The notes under the pieces are model-generated. The model was not told the origin of the DNA and did not search any database. It saw only the letters and a list, made by a program, of their open reading frames with translations. A stretch of DNA of 63,607 nucleotides, filler included, from Octopus bimaculoides (lineage: Eukaryota), in assembly GCF_001194135.2 (NCBI RefSeq). It is 10 parts of 10 records of this genome, joined end to end, with 100 filler letters (N's around TTAATTAATTAA, not from the genome) between each part and the next. Parts side by side here need not be neighbours in the genome. Positions count along the whole stretch, not along the records: positions 1 to 14,216 come from NC_068988.1; 9 more parts are not named here. One strand, 5' to 3'. A program made the position numbers and the translations under genes. Positions 1 through 12,124 of this stretch are shown here, in pieces. The stretch's first letter is position 1. Each line of letters opens with the position of its first letter.

Positions 1-65
1 CAGGAAGAGGAAGTGGTGGAGGAAAAGTTCTTTCTAAGACAGGAGAGTGAAAAAGGGAGGTAAAT

Positions 66-501
66 ATGTGTGCGTGTGTGTGTGTAATAACAGAACGTGT
101 GTGTGCGTATATATGTGTGTCTGTGTGTGTGCGTGATTTGGCTGTTTATCTATTAGTGTGTGACGTAGTGGAAGGAATTAGTAGCAGGAATGGTTTCGGA
201 GTGGTTGTGGAATGGTCAGTAGAAAGTAGGCAGGCAGTTTTTGAGTATGTGTGTGTGCGTGTGTGGGTGTGATTTCCTAGCAGTGTGTGCCTGTATTTTT
301 TGTGTGCGTGTGTGTATGTGTATATACATGTGTGTGTACGTGTGTGTGTATATGCGTGCGGTTTGCTCTGTGGATCGCACGTGGGTTATTTCGTGTGTGT
401 GTGTATTTTGTGCGTGTGTGTATGTTTTTGTGCGTGCGTGTGTGTTTGTATGTGTGTGTATATGTGCGTTATTGTGTACGTGTTTGTGTGCGTGCGTTTG
501 C

Positions 502-539
<38 letters not shown>

Positions 540-600
540 CAAAGAATATATATGCATGTATACACACATATATGTACATACTTACGTCTACATGTGTATA
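66..600. repeat. Compound (GT)n/(TA)n microsatellite and low-complexity tract
   Basis: Degenerate TG and TA dinucleotide runs; source of the CVCV/HTHT/YIYI ORFs in the track. Confidence 0.95.
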
Positions 601-604
601 TAGA

Positions 605-729
605 TGCATATCAGGGTACAGGACGTTAGAAAAATGAACTACAGACAACGGAACGAACACATAGGAAAACAGATAGCCACTTGCAATTATTCCTTCATCA
701 GCTGCCTTTATTCTAACTAGGCGTTTCGA

Positions 730-731
<2 letters not shown>
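605..731 (-). mobile_element. Fragment of a probable Penelope-like non-autonomous element
   Basis: Minus strand reads CTTCGAAACGCC...GGCAGCTGATGAAGG; the same motif and downstream layout recur at 13868-14000 (+). Confidence 0.45.
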
Positions 732-770
<39 letters not shown>

Positions 771-771
<1 letters not shown>

Positions 772-1470
772 ATCATCATCATTGTCGTTTAACGTCCGCT
801 TTCCATGCTAGCATGGGTTGGACGATTTGACTGAGGACTGGAGAAATCAGATGGCTACACCAGGCTCCAATCTGGTTTGGCAGAGTTTCTACAGCTGAAT
901 GCCCTTCCTAACGCCAACCACTCAGAGAGTGTAGCGGGTGCTTTTTACGTGCCACCGGCACGAAGTCCAGTCAGATGGTACTGGCAACGATCTCGCTCGA
1001 AAGTCCTTACACATGCCGCGGGCACAAGTGCCAGAAAGGCAACGCTGAGCACAGGTGCCATCACAATTTCGCTTTCGCTNNNNNNNNNNCCAGAAAGGCA
1101 ACGCTGAGCACAGGTGCCATCACAATTTCGCTTTCGCTTGCCCCAATAAGTCTTCGCAAGCTGAGTTTCGTGTCCAATGAGGGAGACGACGCTGGCCAGA
1201 CGTCAAATTTCGATTTCGATTTCACTTGCTTCAACAGGTCTTCGCAAGTGGAGTTTAGTGTCCAATGAAGGAAGGAAGGTACGCATGAGTGGACTGGCTG
1301 AGGCCTTAGATTTAGGTCTCATTTGGCTTGCCGGGTCTTCTCACGCACAGCATATTTCCAATTGGCAGAGTTTCTACAGCTGGATGCCCTTCCTAACACC
1401 GACCACTCAGAGAGTGTAGTGGGTGCTTTTACGTGCCACCGGCACAAAGGCCAGTCAGGCGGTACTGGCA
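771..1470 (-). mobile_element. RTE LINE 3' end (ORF C-terminus, 3' UTR, (ATG)n tail) plus a partial second 3' UTR copy
   Basis: Minus strand encodes WKYAVREKTRQAK* and ends GGAAAGCGGACGTTAAACGAC(AATG...); near-identical to 6578-6893 and similar to 49165-49620. Confidence 0.85.
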
Positions 1471-1636
1471 ACAAAAATAACCTAATGAGTATATCTGACA
1501 GTAAACTCATGGTATCAGTTTGCACATCACGAAATAAAACTTAAAGGATATAACCAAAATTACCAGCAGGGTATATGAATATACTTCGTTACTTATATCC
1601 TATTTTAGTTAATACTTATACTTATTAAATATGAAG

Positions 1637-1730
1637 GAACTACACGTATTTCAGTATTGGAAGATTACAATATATAAATACATATATGCAATCGTCAGAT
1701 TCACAATTATTCCAACACATCTTCAGGTTC
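1637..1730 (-). ncRNA. Type I hammerhead ribozyme motif (left arm of foldback)
   Basis: Minus strand: GAAC-CTGAAGA-T-GTGTTGGAA...TTCCAATAC-T-GAAAT-ACGT-GTA-GTTC. Stem I 4 bp, stem II 9 bp, cleavage triplet GUA. Confidence 0.7.
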
Positions 1731-2193
1731 TATTTCAAAATATTATATAATTTTACATCCCTTTTTAAAATAAGCAATACAATTAAGCAATAAAGATTAG
1801 AAATTAAAAATTAAGAATAAAAATTATTCTTTGTAATATTAAGAATTAAAATTTATAAATAATACATTATAAATTTGAATTAGTATATATATCAATCATG
1901 TATATGTATTTGAATTTTTCTTGTTATATAGCACATTTAAACACAGACACTTTTATTCTGATGTTTAATCTTATATCTCACATTCTGTATTTGAAATATA
2001 CTTGATTTTACATGATTGATATATATATACTAATTCATATTTATAATGTATAATTTATAAATTTTAATTCTTAATTTTATAAACTATAATTTTTATTCTT
2101 AATTTTTAATTCTTAATTTTTTATCTTTAATGCTTAATTGTATTGCTTATTTTTAAGGGATGAAAAAATTAGATATATAATATTTTGAAATAT

Positions 2194-2331
2194 AACCTGA
2201 AGATGTGTTGGAATAATTGTAAATCTGATGATTACTTATATGTATTTATATATGTATATATATATATATAGGTATACAGTTGTGTATATGTATATATATT
2301 GTAATCTTCCAATACTGAAACATGTGTAGTT
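2194..2331 (+). ncRNA. Type I hammerhead ribozyme motif (right arm of foldback)
   Basis: AAC-CTGAAGA(2197-2203)-T-GTGTTGGAA...(TA)n...TTCCAATAC-T-GAAAC(2317-2321)-ATGT-GTA-GTT. Confidence 0.7.
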
Positions 2332-2924
2332 CCTTTATATTCAATAAATATAAGTATTAACTAAAGTAGGATATAATTAATGAAGTATATTTTATACCCT
2401 GCAGGTAATTTTGGTTCTATCCTTTAAGTATTATTTCATGATGTGCAAACTGATACCATGAGTTTACTTTCAGATATACTCATTAGGCTATTTTTGTAAT
2501 ATCTGAAATAGAATACCCACATATTGATCAATCCCAAAAAATTGAATTAATATTGACTTTCATCAGTTACTTTGTATATTTATAGATAAATATATAAAAA
2601 TATACGATAAATAAGACCCCAAGTATGATATGTAAATGCATACAACGCTGAAGGGTTATACTTGATTGATTTGGAAATTTGTTTTCCCAAATTATTTATG
2701 TGTGTGTGTGTGTGTGTGTGTGTGNNNNNNNNNNNNNNNNNNNNNNNNNNNNNNNNNNNNNNNNNNNNNNNNNNNNNNNNNNNNNNNNNNNNNNNNNNNN
2801 NNNNNNNNNNNNNNNNNNNNNNNNAAAACAGACAGAGTTGGAACTCTTTTAAATAATATATATATATATATAAACACTCCTGACTGCTCACTTCTAAATA
2901 ACTCACCTTTTTCCCATCATGTTC

Positions 2925-3120
2925 TTACCCTTTCCACCCATTCCGGCCCCTTTGATGCATAGCTGTATGTATGTATGTATGTATGTATGTAAGTATGTAT
3001 GTATGTATGTATGTATGTATGTATGTACGTATGTATGTACATATGCACGTATGTATGTATGTAAGCATGTATGCACATATGTATGTATGAGTGTTTGTAT
3101 GTATGTGTTTATGTATGTAC
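2925..3120. repeat. (GTAT)n tetranucleotide microsatellite tract
   Basis: Tandem GTAT/ATGT units from ~2964. Confidence 0.9.
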
Positions 3121-3385
3121 ATATCCCTAAATGCAAATCTGTTCATTTTTTTTTCCCTCAATATATTAAAACAGGTTGACTGTTATAAAGCACTTAGCAA
3201 CAATCTTAAATCTTTTTTTCTTTGTTTATTTATGAAATTTAAATCTTTGCTGCTACAGTTCTCAAATCCCAGTGTGCCAGTTTAATGGAATTTTTATTCA
3301 CAAATGGAAAAAAAATTCTTAGAGATACAATGTAATCAGTATTGCTTTGTTTTATCAAAGTGATTTTTATTCCTCTTTAATCTAG

Positions 3386-3504
3386 GTTTTTCATTAAAGT
3401 TCTGTTTCCCCGCTCAATCAGACTGAATATTTTTAAGGTCGCTGGTGAAAGGCCATGTACTGAAACGAATGAAGAACTGCTGAAAAATCTGGAACATGAC
3501 ATTT
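3386..3504 (+). CDS. Candidate coding exon of an unidentified host gene (runs into gap)
   Basis: Pyrimidine tract plus TCTAG acceptor, then the open frame FFIKVLFPRSIRLNIFKVAGERPCTETNEELLKNLEHDI. After the 174-N gap a frame reads YAVSNLQPESALFTKIKKALFGKR (3679-3750). No family recognised. Confidence 0.3.
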
Positions 3505-3924
3505 NNNNNNNNNNNNNNNNNNNNNNNNNNNNNNNNNNNNNNNNNNNNNNNNNNNNNNNNNNNNNNNNNNNNNNNNNNNNNNNNNNNNNNNNNNNNNNNN
3601 NNNNNNNNNNNNNNNNNNNNNNNNNNNNNNNNNNNNNNNNNNNNNNNNNNNNNNNNNNNNNNNNNNNNNNNNNNNNNATATGCTGTATCAAACTTGCAGC
3701 CTGAGTCTGCATTGTTCACTAAAATAAAGAAAGCACTTTTTGGGAAGAGAGTGAAGCATTGTCATGTACCTATTGAAATATCTTTACTCCTTTGACTTCC
3801 TAGTCATCATCATCTCCACTATCACCAACACTTCTCCGCTTCCTCTTTTTCCTCCTCCTCCTCCTCACCATCATCATCATTATTTTGATGTTCATTTTCC
3901 CAAGTCTACAAAGGTACTGTTCTT

Positions 3925-3977
<53 letters not shown>

Positions 3978-4030
3978 TGTTGTTGTTGTTGCTGTTACTG
4001 TTGCTGCTGTTATTGTTGTTATTGTTGTTG
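3925..4030. repeat. (GTA)n/(GTT)n trinucleotide microsatellite
   Basis: Direct reading. Confidence 0.95.
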
Positions 4031-4230
4031 TTTAGCCCAAGTCATCTCTGACTGAGAAGGCCTATCATAAAAAATGTTCCAACTATGACCATCCCATCTT
4101 CGACGTCAGACATATTGTATTTAGGATTGCATTATCCAATATGTCCGGCATTCTTTTTTAGTCAGTGGGTTGTGATTTGAGTGAGAGCTTGACTACTATT
4201 TCTTGCAAACCATGTGATCACACAGAGGAT
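4025..4230. repeat. Dispersed repeat of unknown class (second copy at ~4865-5030)
   Basis: Both copies share GTTGTTGTTTAG..CCAAGT..AAAAATGTTCCAACTATGACCATCCCATCT..GTCAGACA. Confidence 0.7.
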
Positions 4231-5249
4231 TAGTATACAGAGGAGAGGCAATCAAGTGAATGAAATGAATTGGATGTTTGGTCTTTTTGTCTGGAGAATT
4301 TCCAGAATTAACAGCAAGATCTTCTTCAAACTAATTTGTTTGTCTTAAAATAGGAAATCTATATTGAAACATTCATTCCTGCTACCATGTCAGACAAAAT
4401 GCCATGCAGTATTTCATGTGTCTCTTTACATTTTGTGTTCAAATCCTGCCGAGGTCAACTTTGCCTTTTGTCCTTCCATGGTCAATAAAAATTAAGTTGC
4501 AATCAAGTCAATACAATCAATTTATCCTCTTCCTCCAAAGTTCTTAAGTTAGAAACATTTATCATTGTGAACTCAGGGAATCATTCATCATTATTGTTGC
4601 CATCATCATCATCATCATCTTAATGTCCACTTCTCTATGCTCATATGGGATGGATAGAATTCACTGAGGCAGATTTTCTCTAGCTGGATACCCTCCCTGT
4701 TACTGACCCTCACCTGTTTCCAAGTATATATTCCCTTGGTCAGACATATTTTCATGACCAACAAAGGACACTGCATATATAATGGGGATGCTTGTTTACA
4801 ACTATTACACCATGTCAAGACAAGAGAATACTAAAATGCATACACCCACATATGCATATATATATTGTTGTTGTTGTTTAGACCAAGTTATCCTTGACTA
4901 AGAAGGCTTATCATTAAAAATGTTCCAACTATGACCATCCCATCTATGTCAGACAGTGTATTTTGGACTACACTATCCAATTTGTGCAGGATTCTTTTCT
5001 CGTCAGTGAGGTGTGATTTGAATGGGAGTACCTACCTATCTACCTACCTACTTACCTACCTATCTACTTATCTAGCCACCCACCAATGTAAATAGATAAA
5101 AGTAAATATGAATGTCAATATGCCAATGTTAGATTAAGTAGGTGGACAGCTAAACTAGTTGCATTTGTCCCGGGAGAAAGAGGAGAGGAGGGGGGCGAAA
5201 TTGCAGGTATGATAGAGGGCTGAACATATTAGTCTTCCTCTTAATTGTG

Positions 5250-7900
5250 AATACACCTACAATATACATTGAGATTATGAACTGAACAAACAATTATATG
5301 AATTATATGTTCAATCTGAGCTTAAATGTTTTGGGTTTATTAAAAGATTAAGAAGTTTGTGAGACATCAAACATCCAGAATTAGATCTAAGTGTAAATCA
5401 TAACTGAACAAGCAAGACATATAATGAAATGAAAACTAATATACATAGTGGAATCATTGCACAGCAAAAATAGCAAAAATACATCTGATAACAGCAACAT
5501 CGATGTCAATAGTAAAGTTAGACTCTGGACAGTAGTAGAAATCAACTTGTTTCTCCAACTGTAGACATTCAGAGAACATCCAATAACAACAATAACCCAA
5601 TCACTCTTAACAGCAATGTACAGTCACAAAGAAATAGGCAACCTGCTAGAAAACAAAAGCTGCCAGAAGATAACTTTCTCAAAAAAAAAAAAAGAAAAAA
5701 AAAACATGGAAATATCAAAACCTTTTTAATTCTCTAAAAGTGGTGGGGAAAGATATGCTACAGCAGGTTCAAAACATTGACTTAAAAATGAACATTAAAA
5801 AATGCCTCCAAATTAGAACTGGAGCTAATAAATGAAACAGCAAGAAGCTGTCTAATGACTATCATATTTGAACCCACATACAAGTCTATAAATCTTTCAA
5901 TATATATATCAGTAATAACATTGCTAGCCTACAGCAAGGAGTTGGAGCTGTGTGACAAAGACAAAAGTAAACATTCAGAGCCTGGCTGGACTCACAACTT
6001 GAAAAATAAAATTTGTTTCTTAATAAAACTATCTAACAGATTATCATAATTATCAACTGTGACATGATCAACAAATTCTCAAAACATCAAGAACAGTTAA
6101 AAAAAAACTTGGGAAAGCAGTTCAGAGACTCAAAAACCAAAGCCTTAGATTCCAAACTCCACCAGCTTGAAATAAGAGATAACTATGACAGCAGAGAAAT
6201 TAAAATATAAGTCCGCTGATTATAAATGAAAAATTCTGAATAAATTATTTTCTAGAGGTCCCAAATCAGTCTATCACAGCTTCAATAGAAATAAAGTAAC
6301 AGTAAAAAAAAACATCCCATCAACAGAACAAGTAGAAAGTTACTGGAGATCAATTTGGGGTTCAAATGAAAACGCTAACTAAATAGATGAGTTGCAGTAG
6401 GTATACTGCAAATATGTTAAAATCTCTATGAAATCAACAGCTTGAAACAGTCCTGAAAAAAATATCGAAGAGGAAATCCCTAGGCTCAGATCTTATTATA
6501 GGATATCAGTTAAAAAATATCTCAACTTTTGTTGGCAAGATTTAATAAAATCGTTTAAGAAGAGCATCAACAGCTCTGGAAATGTGCTGTGCGTGAGAAG
6601 ACCCGGCAAGCCAAGTAAGATCGTTGCCAGTGCCCCTGGACTGGCTCTTGTGCGGGTGGCACATAAAAGATACCATTTCAAGCGTGGCCGTTTTCGTGCA
6701 GGTGACACGTAAAAGCACCCACTACACTCTCTGAGTGGTTGGCGTTAGGAAGGGCATCCAGCTGTAGAAACTCTGCCAAATTAGATTGGAGCCTGGTGTT
6801 GCCATCCGGTTTCACCAGTCCTCAGTCAAATCGTCCAACCCATGCTAGCATGGAAAGCGGACGTTAAACGATGATGATGATGATGATGATGATGGCTGTC
6901 AACAGCCATCTCATACCCCAAAATAACCAAACCCCCAAAACTAGAAATTTCTGTCCAATAGCCTGTGCAAACACTCTGTATGCAATATACATTGACTGTT
7001 ATTGTACCACTAACAATAGTGTAACTTCAGAGAAAAAAGGAAGTGTGGAGGTGTGTTGAGCACCTTCCAGTTAACAAGATGATACATGAGAAAGCAATAA
7101 AGAATTGCAGGACCCTAGTTATGGTATGGCTGAACTACCAAAAGGCCCTTGAAAGTATACCACATGAATATCAGTATTACTTTTTGTATTCTTACTGAGC
7201 CTACTGTCATACCTAACCACAAAACAGAACAGATACTAGGAATGTATCTAACATCTCTCATCTTTTCTTTGTTGATGATCTGAAGCTGTATGGGCCAAGT
7301 ATTAACCACATCAAAAAGCAACTAAATCTCATGACCCAGTTCTCTAAAGATATTGGATTAAAATTTGGTGAGACCAAATGTGTTTTTGGTGGTAAAATAT
7401 GGCAAAGTTGTGCACTCAAAAAAGAAAACAGTTGCAGACAAAGTTGACTATACTGAAACCAATGGGCCAAAAGAATATTGATGGAACTTAAAAATTAAAA
7501 CGGCCACCAAGTTAAAACACAACTGACCAGTTATTGTTGTGTGGGATCACAAGGAAAAGCTATGTTCTGTTGTAGAAATCAGCTGCCCTCTGAATACCAA
7601 TGTGATTATAAAAATAGAAGAGAAAGAGAACATTTATTGACCATTGACAAGGAGTTTGCAAATCCAGTACTCAAAACACACTTTCAGTTCTACACTTCTT
7701 ATTGGAGCAATAGAATATGTACCAGCCCACCTGGAGTAAAGTATAGCTAAACTTGGGTTCTTGGGGAGAGAATGCAACTTCTTAATTCATGCACTACAAA
7801 TGATCCCAATATCTAAGACTATAAAAATCTGGGACTATAAAAATCTGGAAGACCTTCCTTATGAAGAAAACAAGATGCTACCAAGCAGGCGGTTGGTCAA
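5250..7900 (+). mobile_element. Heavily decayed R4/Dong-type (RLE-clade) non-LTR retrotransposon with internal deletion
   Basis: Fragmentary frames include RT motifs NF(C)PIACANTLY (~6945), VWLNYQKALESIPHE (~7125) and HLFFVDDLKLYG (~7260). The C-terminal RLE-type region reads VVWD..EISCPLNTNV (~7535-7750). Confidence 0.75.
6578..6893 (+). mobile_element. 5'-truncated RTE LINE 3' end inserted inside the R4/Dong relic
   Basis: WKCAVREKTRQAK*, then 3' UTR ending GGAAAGCGGACGTTAAACG(ATG)n; it interrupts the R4-like RT. Confidence 0.9.
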
Positions 7901-8546
7901 AATTAACTCTCAATTAAAGGGAGAAAGACAACATACATATACAATGGGCATCTTTCAGCCTCTGGCAACCAAATCCACTCACAAAACCCTATTTAGCAAG
8001 GGGATACAGTATAGGACATTTTCACAAGGTTCCACAGAGTGGGACCTAACCCAAAACCATATAGTTAGAAAGCAAACTTCTCAACCACAGAGCCACAACT
8101 GTACCTTTCAGGGAACTTATCGCAAAAAAAGAAAAATACAAGTTAAGTGCAGATCAAAACCATGTAAAATCAAAGGTATGTAAGTTGTTTTTGTTCTTAG
8201 TGTCAGTGGTAATTTTTTTAAATTGTTCTTCTTTTTTAATGGCTTAATCATAGCAGGAAGGGAAATAACCATATCCCACTGTCAGTGATAATCATGATGA
8301 TGATGGTGATAGCGACAATGATATGTACATATATACTTTGCAGATATAAACTCTGCTGTTTCACATTTATTTTTTTTCTTTCAACTTTTCTCTATAGAAA
8401 GGTTTTGTTCAAAATATTCAATTTTCCACTCCTCACAGCAAGTTCACTGTATGCTTTTTATCAATTTTTACTACATAATATAAGTCTTGCCAACACAAAC
8501 CAAAACCAGCTTCTTTGGAGTCTGTTTGAGCACACACACACACACA

Positions 8547-8590
<44 letters not shown>

Positions 8591-8604
8591 GTTGAAATTT
8601 GTTG

Positions 8605-8760
8605 AAAAACAAAAGACGAAGACAGGTGTATGAACCACAAACAAGTGTATTAGTTTGACACTTGGGAAAATGAGAAATATTTTACACTTCAAGCCTATGC
8701 CCTTCAACAGAAAGGAATAAGAGAAAATAAACACAGAGAGAATGAAAAATCTTGTAGATT
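8605..8760 (-). mobile_element. Penelope-like derived fragment with degenerate hammerhead (8679-8714)
   Basis: Minus strand CTTT-CTGTTGA-A-GGGC-ATAG-GCTT-GAAGT-GTA-AAAT; same family as 19690-19825. Confidence 0.55.
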
Positions 8761-8958
8761 AAGACAGTTAAGGCTAGTCTATGGGGTTACCCTGGGTTCT
8801 GCATCTGTAAAGTATCTAGCTTTGCAGTATTTCTTCAGGTCCTAATGACCGGTATACAACTCCCCATCATCATCATCATCATTATCATCATTTTATACTT
8901 TCTTTGAAATACAGTTACTATGAAATTTTGTTGAAATATTTTAATTTTAACACTTTAA

Positions 8959-9807
8959 CCTTTTGGCATTTAAACTGGCCATATCCGACTCTTCCGGGTT
9001 TTTTTTTGTTTTTTTTGTTTTTTTTTTGTCCAAACTGGCCATATCCGACTCTTCTGGGTTTTTTTTTGGTTTTTTTGTTTTTTTTTTGTCCAAACTGGCC
9101 AGCTCCATCCTTACACACCTACCCTTTCTGGTATAGAAATAAACAACCCAATCGTTGAAATCTCAAAGCTAAGAGATAATGCATGATTAATTCAAAACAA
9201 TGTGAATAAATAAGCAGGAGTGGCTGTGTGGTAAGTAGCTTGCTTACCGATCACATGGTTCCAGGTTCAGTCCCACTGTGTGGCACCTTGGGCAAGTGTC
9301 TTCTACTATTTCCTCAGGCCGACCAAAGCCTTGTGAGTGNNNNNNNNNNTGCATGATTAATTCAAAACAATGTGAATAAATAAGCAGGAGTGGCTGTGTG
9401 GTAAGTAGCTTGCTTACCGATCACATGGTTCCAGGTTCAGTCCCACTGTGTGGCACCTTGGGCAAGTGTCTTCTACTATTTCCTCAGACCGACCAAAGCC
9501 TTGTGAGTGGATTTGGTAGACGGAAATTGAAAGAAGCCCGTCGTATATATGTATATATATGTGAGTTTGTGTGTCTGTCTTTGTCCCCCCCCCAACATCG
9601 CTTGACAACCGATGCTGGTGTGTTTACATCCCCATAACTTAGCGGTTCAGCAAAAGAGACCGATAGAATAAGTACTAGGCTTACAAAGAATAAGTCCTGG
9701 GGTCGATTGTCTCGACTAAAGGTGGTGCTCCAGCATGGCCGCAGTCACATGACTGAAACAAGTAAAAGAGTAATTACATTTGACAGAATAACCAGAGGGC
9801 TAAAGGG
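8959..9807. mobile_element. piggyBac-like MITE (TTAA target site) carrying a nested SINE
   Basis: TTAA|CCTTTTGGC ... GCTAAAGGG|TTAA termini (TTAA at 8955-8958 and 9808-9811); internal ~60-bp tandem duplication at 8971-9100. Confidence 0.7.
9216..9770 (+). mobile_element. tRNA-derived SINE family A (5' part duplicated across the 10-N gap)
   Basis: A box-like TGGCTGTGTGGTAAG and B box-like GGTTCAGTCCC; 3' end GACTGAAACAAGTAAAAGAG. Other copies at ~14800-15000(-), 16640-17330(-), 19450-19610(+), 26830-27000(-), 31785-31990(+), 35675-35850(+), 39235-39430(+), 45090-45400(-) and 52530-52650(+). Confidence 0.85.
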
Positions 9808-10261
9808 TTAAATTAGGAAGTTTGTATCATAGGACCAAGTGCAGCCTTAGGCAGGTTGGTTTCAAAAGGGTTATACAAGACTACAATGACTTTAAGAGAG
9901 GATGTAAGCACTAAACGTTTCTAGTCACTTATACCATCCTGCTATCAAGAGCAATCAACATTCACAACCTCTTTCAGATGTCCATAAACAGAGAGTGTCC
10001 ATTGTATACTAAGAAACATTCTCTGACAGATATCTATAATGAAAACACACAGCAAAATAGTAAAATAAATTGAGATTCCTTGTTTTTTCTTTTTTCTGTT
10101 TTTCCCGTTTTACATATCCTTTAAGTCTTTTGAATTTATTTCCTCTCCATCTATCTATCTATCTATCCACCTATATGTATGTATGTATATACACTTACAC
10201 ACATGTGTATATATGTGCATGAGTGTATATATAGATATATATACATTCAAGATATATATAT

Positions 10262-10617
10262 AAATTAACAGAATGAGATAAAAAATCCAAGGCTGTGAAT
10301 AGTTTTCAGAACATTTATAAATAAAAGGTCTTACAGCTGTTTCTGGGATATTTTATATATATCCCTTCATCAGAGATGGTGCGAGAAAATAGTTATTATA
10401 GAGAAGATATGAAATACAGAGTGAGGTAGGGGAATGAAAATAGATGTGAGATACGTAAGGATATTGTATCTGCAGTTCCATTATTTAAGCAGAATGGTGT
10501 ATATATAAGTTTCCTGTACCTTGAGTCTTGTAAATGGTGTTATTCAATCAAGGGTTTTACACCATTCTGAAAACAATTCACAGCCTCAGATTTTTTTATC
10601 TCGTTCTGTTAAATTTT
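10262..10617 (-). mobile_element. Penelope-like derived cassette flanked by ~50-bp inverted repeats
   Basis: Arms 10262-10311 and 10566-10617 are reverse complements; the cassette contains a hammerhead motif; internal part homologous to 41972-42140. Confidence 0.75.
10329..10376 (-). ncRNA. Minimal type I hammerhead ribozyme motif with palindromic stem III
   Basis: Minus strand TCT-CTGATGA-A-GGGATAT-ATATAAA-ATATCCC-A-GAAAC-AGCT-GTA-AGA; ACAGCTGT is a perfect palindrome. Confidence 0.75.
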
Positions 10618-10747
10618 ATATATATACATGCTAATACATGACCTACGTTGGACTCCTCAATCATATCATTATCGAACCTAGAGCTTAACTATAGTCTGTC
10701 CAGCATTACCTGACACCTTTGGGTTTTCTTGACACGAATACCTCTCA

Positions 10748-10838
<91 letters not shown>

Positions 10839-12107
10839 CACGGGGAGTAAGGTATTTGAGCACATACCTTTTTTTGGATCAATGCTGCATTTTTTGCTAA
10901 CTCTGTATAATCTTTGTTTCAGAAAATTATAATGGCAAACCCTCAGTTTACTCAAGAAATGAAGAAGTATGCTGTTATTGTGTTATTGTGATTATAAAGG
11001 CCGAGTATAGCGATTTTAAAATATCTTGATTTTTAAAAGTTGCCAGATCTTTCATCTACAAAGTTTGCAAGTAGCTAGAGACTGAGGATGGAAACGTATC
11101 ACCAGTATCTAAGCGTAAAAGACATTCTAAACACTCTGAAATCATCAGAACGCCTGAATTTATCCAGAAAGTTCAACAGACCATTGATTGCAATCCCAGA
11201 AAGTCCATGAGGTCAATTACAAAAGATCTCCATGTGTCAGAAAGAACAGTCAGAAATGTTGTCCATGAAGATATCAGATATAAGTCTCATATGATGAGGA
11301 AAGATCAATTTGTCAGAAAAAGCAAAAGAAAATCACTACATCAGATCTAAAAGGCTCTGAAACAAACTGAAAAATCCACCAGAAGATTTGATTTGGTTTT
11401 TCTCAAACAAGAAAAACTTCGAACAAGATCAAAAAGTTAACAGAAGAATTGACAGATGGTTATGTGCAGACCTTTCTGAAGTGCCAGATGTTATGCATGA
11501 AAATTTCCTGCAACTGTCATGGTTTTAGGGGTTGTCAGCAATGAAGGACATGTGAATCCTCTTTACTTCTTTCCACAAGGCCTTAGAGTTAACTCTGCTG
11601 CCTACATTGAGGTACTGGAAATAGTTGTTAAGCCCTGGGTAGATAGTGTATGCAGTGAAGGCCATATGTGTTTCAGTAAGACTCTGCACTATAACACATA
11701 GCTCTAGTAACATAGGAATGGATGGTTGAACATTTTCATGGATCACATAGCCCCTAACATTTGGCCTCCTAATTACCCAGATCTCAATCCATTGGACTAT
11801 TACATGTGGAGCATTGTTGAGAGAGAGGTCAATGAACATGGCCATAACACCAAAGATTCTTTGGAAGCTGCTATAGTCGGAGTAATGTTCAAAATGTACT
11901 AGGACCACTTGATTCGAGCTTGTAGATGATTTAGATCTCGTATAGAAGCAGTTGTTGAAGCTGAAGGTGACTTTATTGAATAACATTATAGAAGAGAAGG
12001 TTTATTTTTATCCTCATAGCATTTTTTGATAAATAAATATATTATCTGTGATTATATATGTTTTTTTGATAAACATAAATCTTTCCTCAAATATCTTACG
12101 CACCCTG
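10839..12107 (+). mobile_element. Full-length but defective Tc1/mariner maT (DD37D) transposon
   Basis: TA-flanked TIRs (CACGGGGAGTAAGGTATTTGAG / CTCAAATATCTTACGCACCCTG). Relic transposase at 10932-11983 has WFFS(N)K, Q*DSA and WPPNYPDLNPLDYYMW; 37 residues separate the last two Asp after one frameshift correction. Confidence 0.9.
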
Positions 12108-12124
12108 TATATATATATGTATAT

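Larger units (their letters stand above)
1472..2496. mobile_element. ~1-kb foldback (inverted-repeat) element, probably Penelope-derived
   Basis: Arms ~1472-1903 and ~2009-2496 are reverse complements (about 90% identical by eye) around a ~105-bp spacer; each arm carries a hammerhead motif. Confidence 0.85.

Noticed and set aside
8971-9100. CRISPR-like repeat-spacer look (AAACTGGCCATATCCGACTCTT with T-rich spacers)
   Set aside because: Only ~2.2 units with near-identical spacers, inside a MITE in a eukaryotic context; it is a simple tandem duplication.
9216-9290. tRNA genes at SINE heads
   Set aside because: A/B-box-like motifs are present, but no full cloverleaf forms and each continues into a SINE body.
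9180-9509. Apparent tandem duplication of a SINE 5' end (similar cases at 1031-1138 and 34085-34308)
   Set aside because: The duplicated segments flank 10-N gaps, which is typical of unmerged overlapping contig ends.
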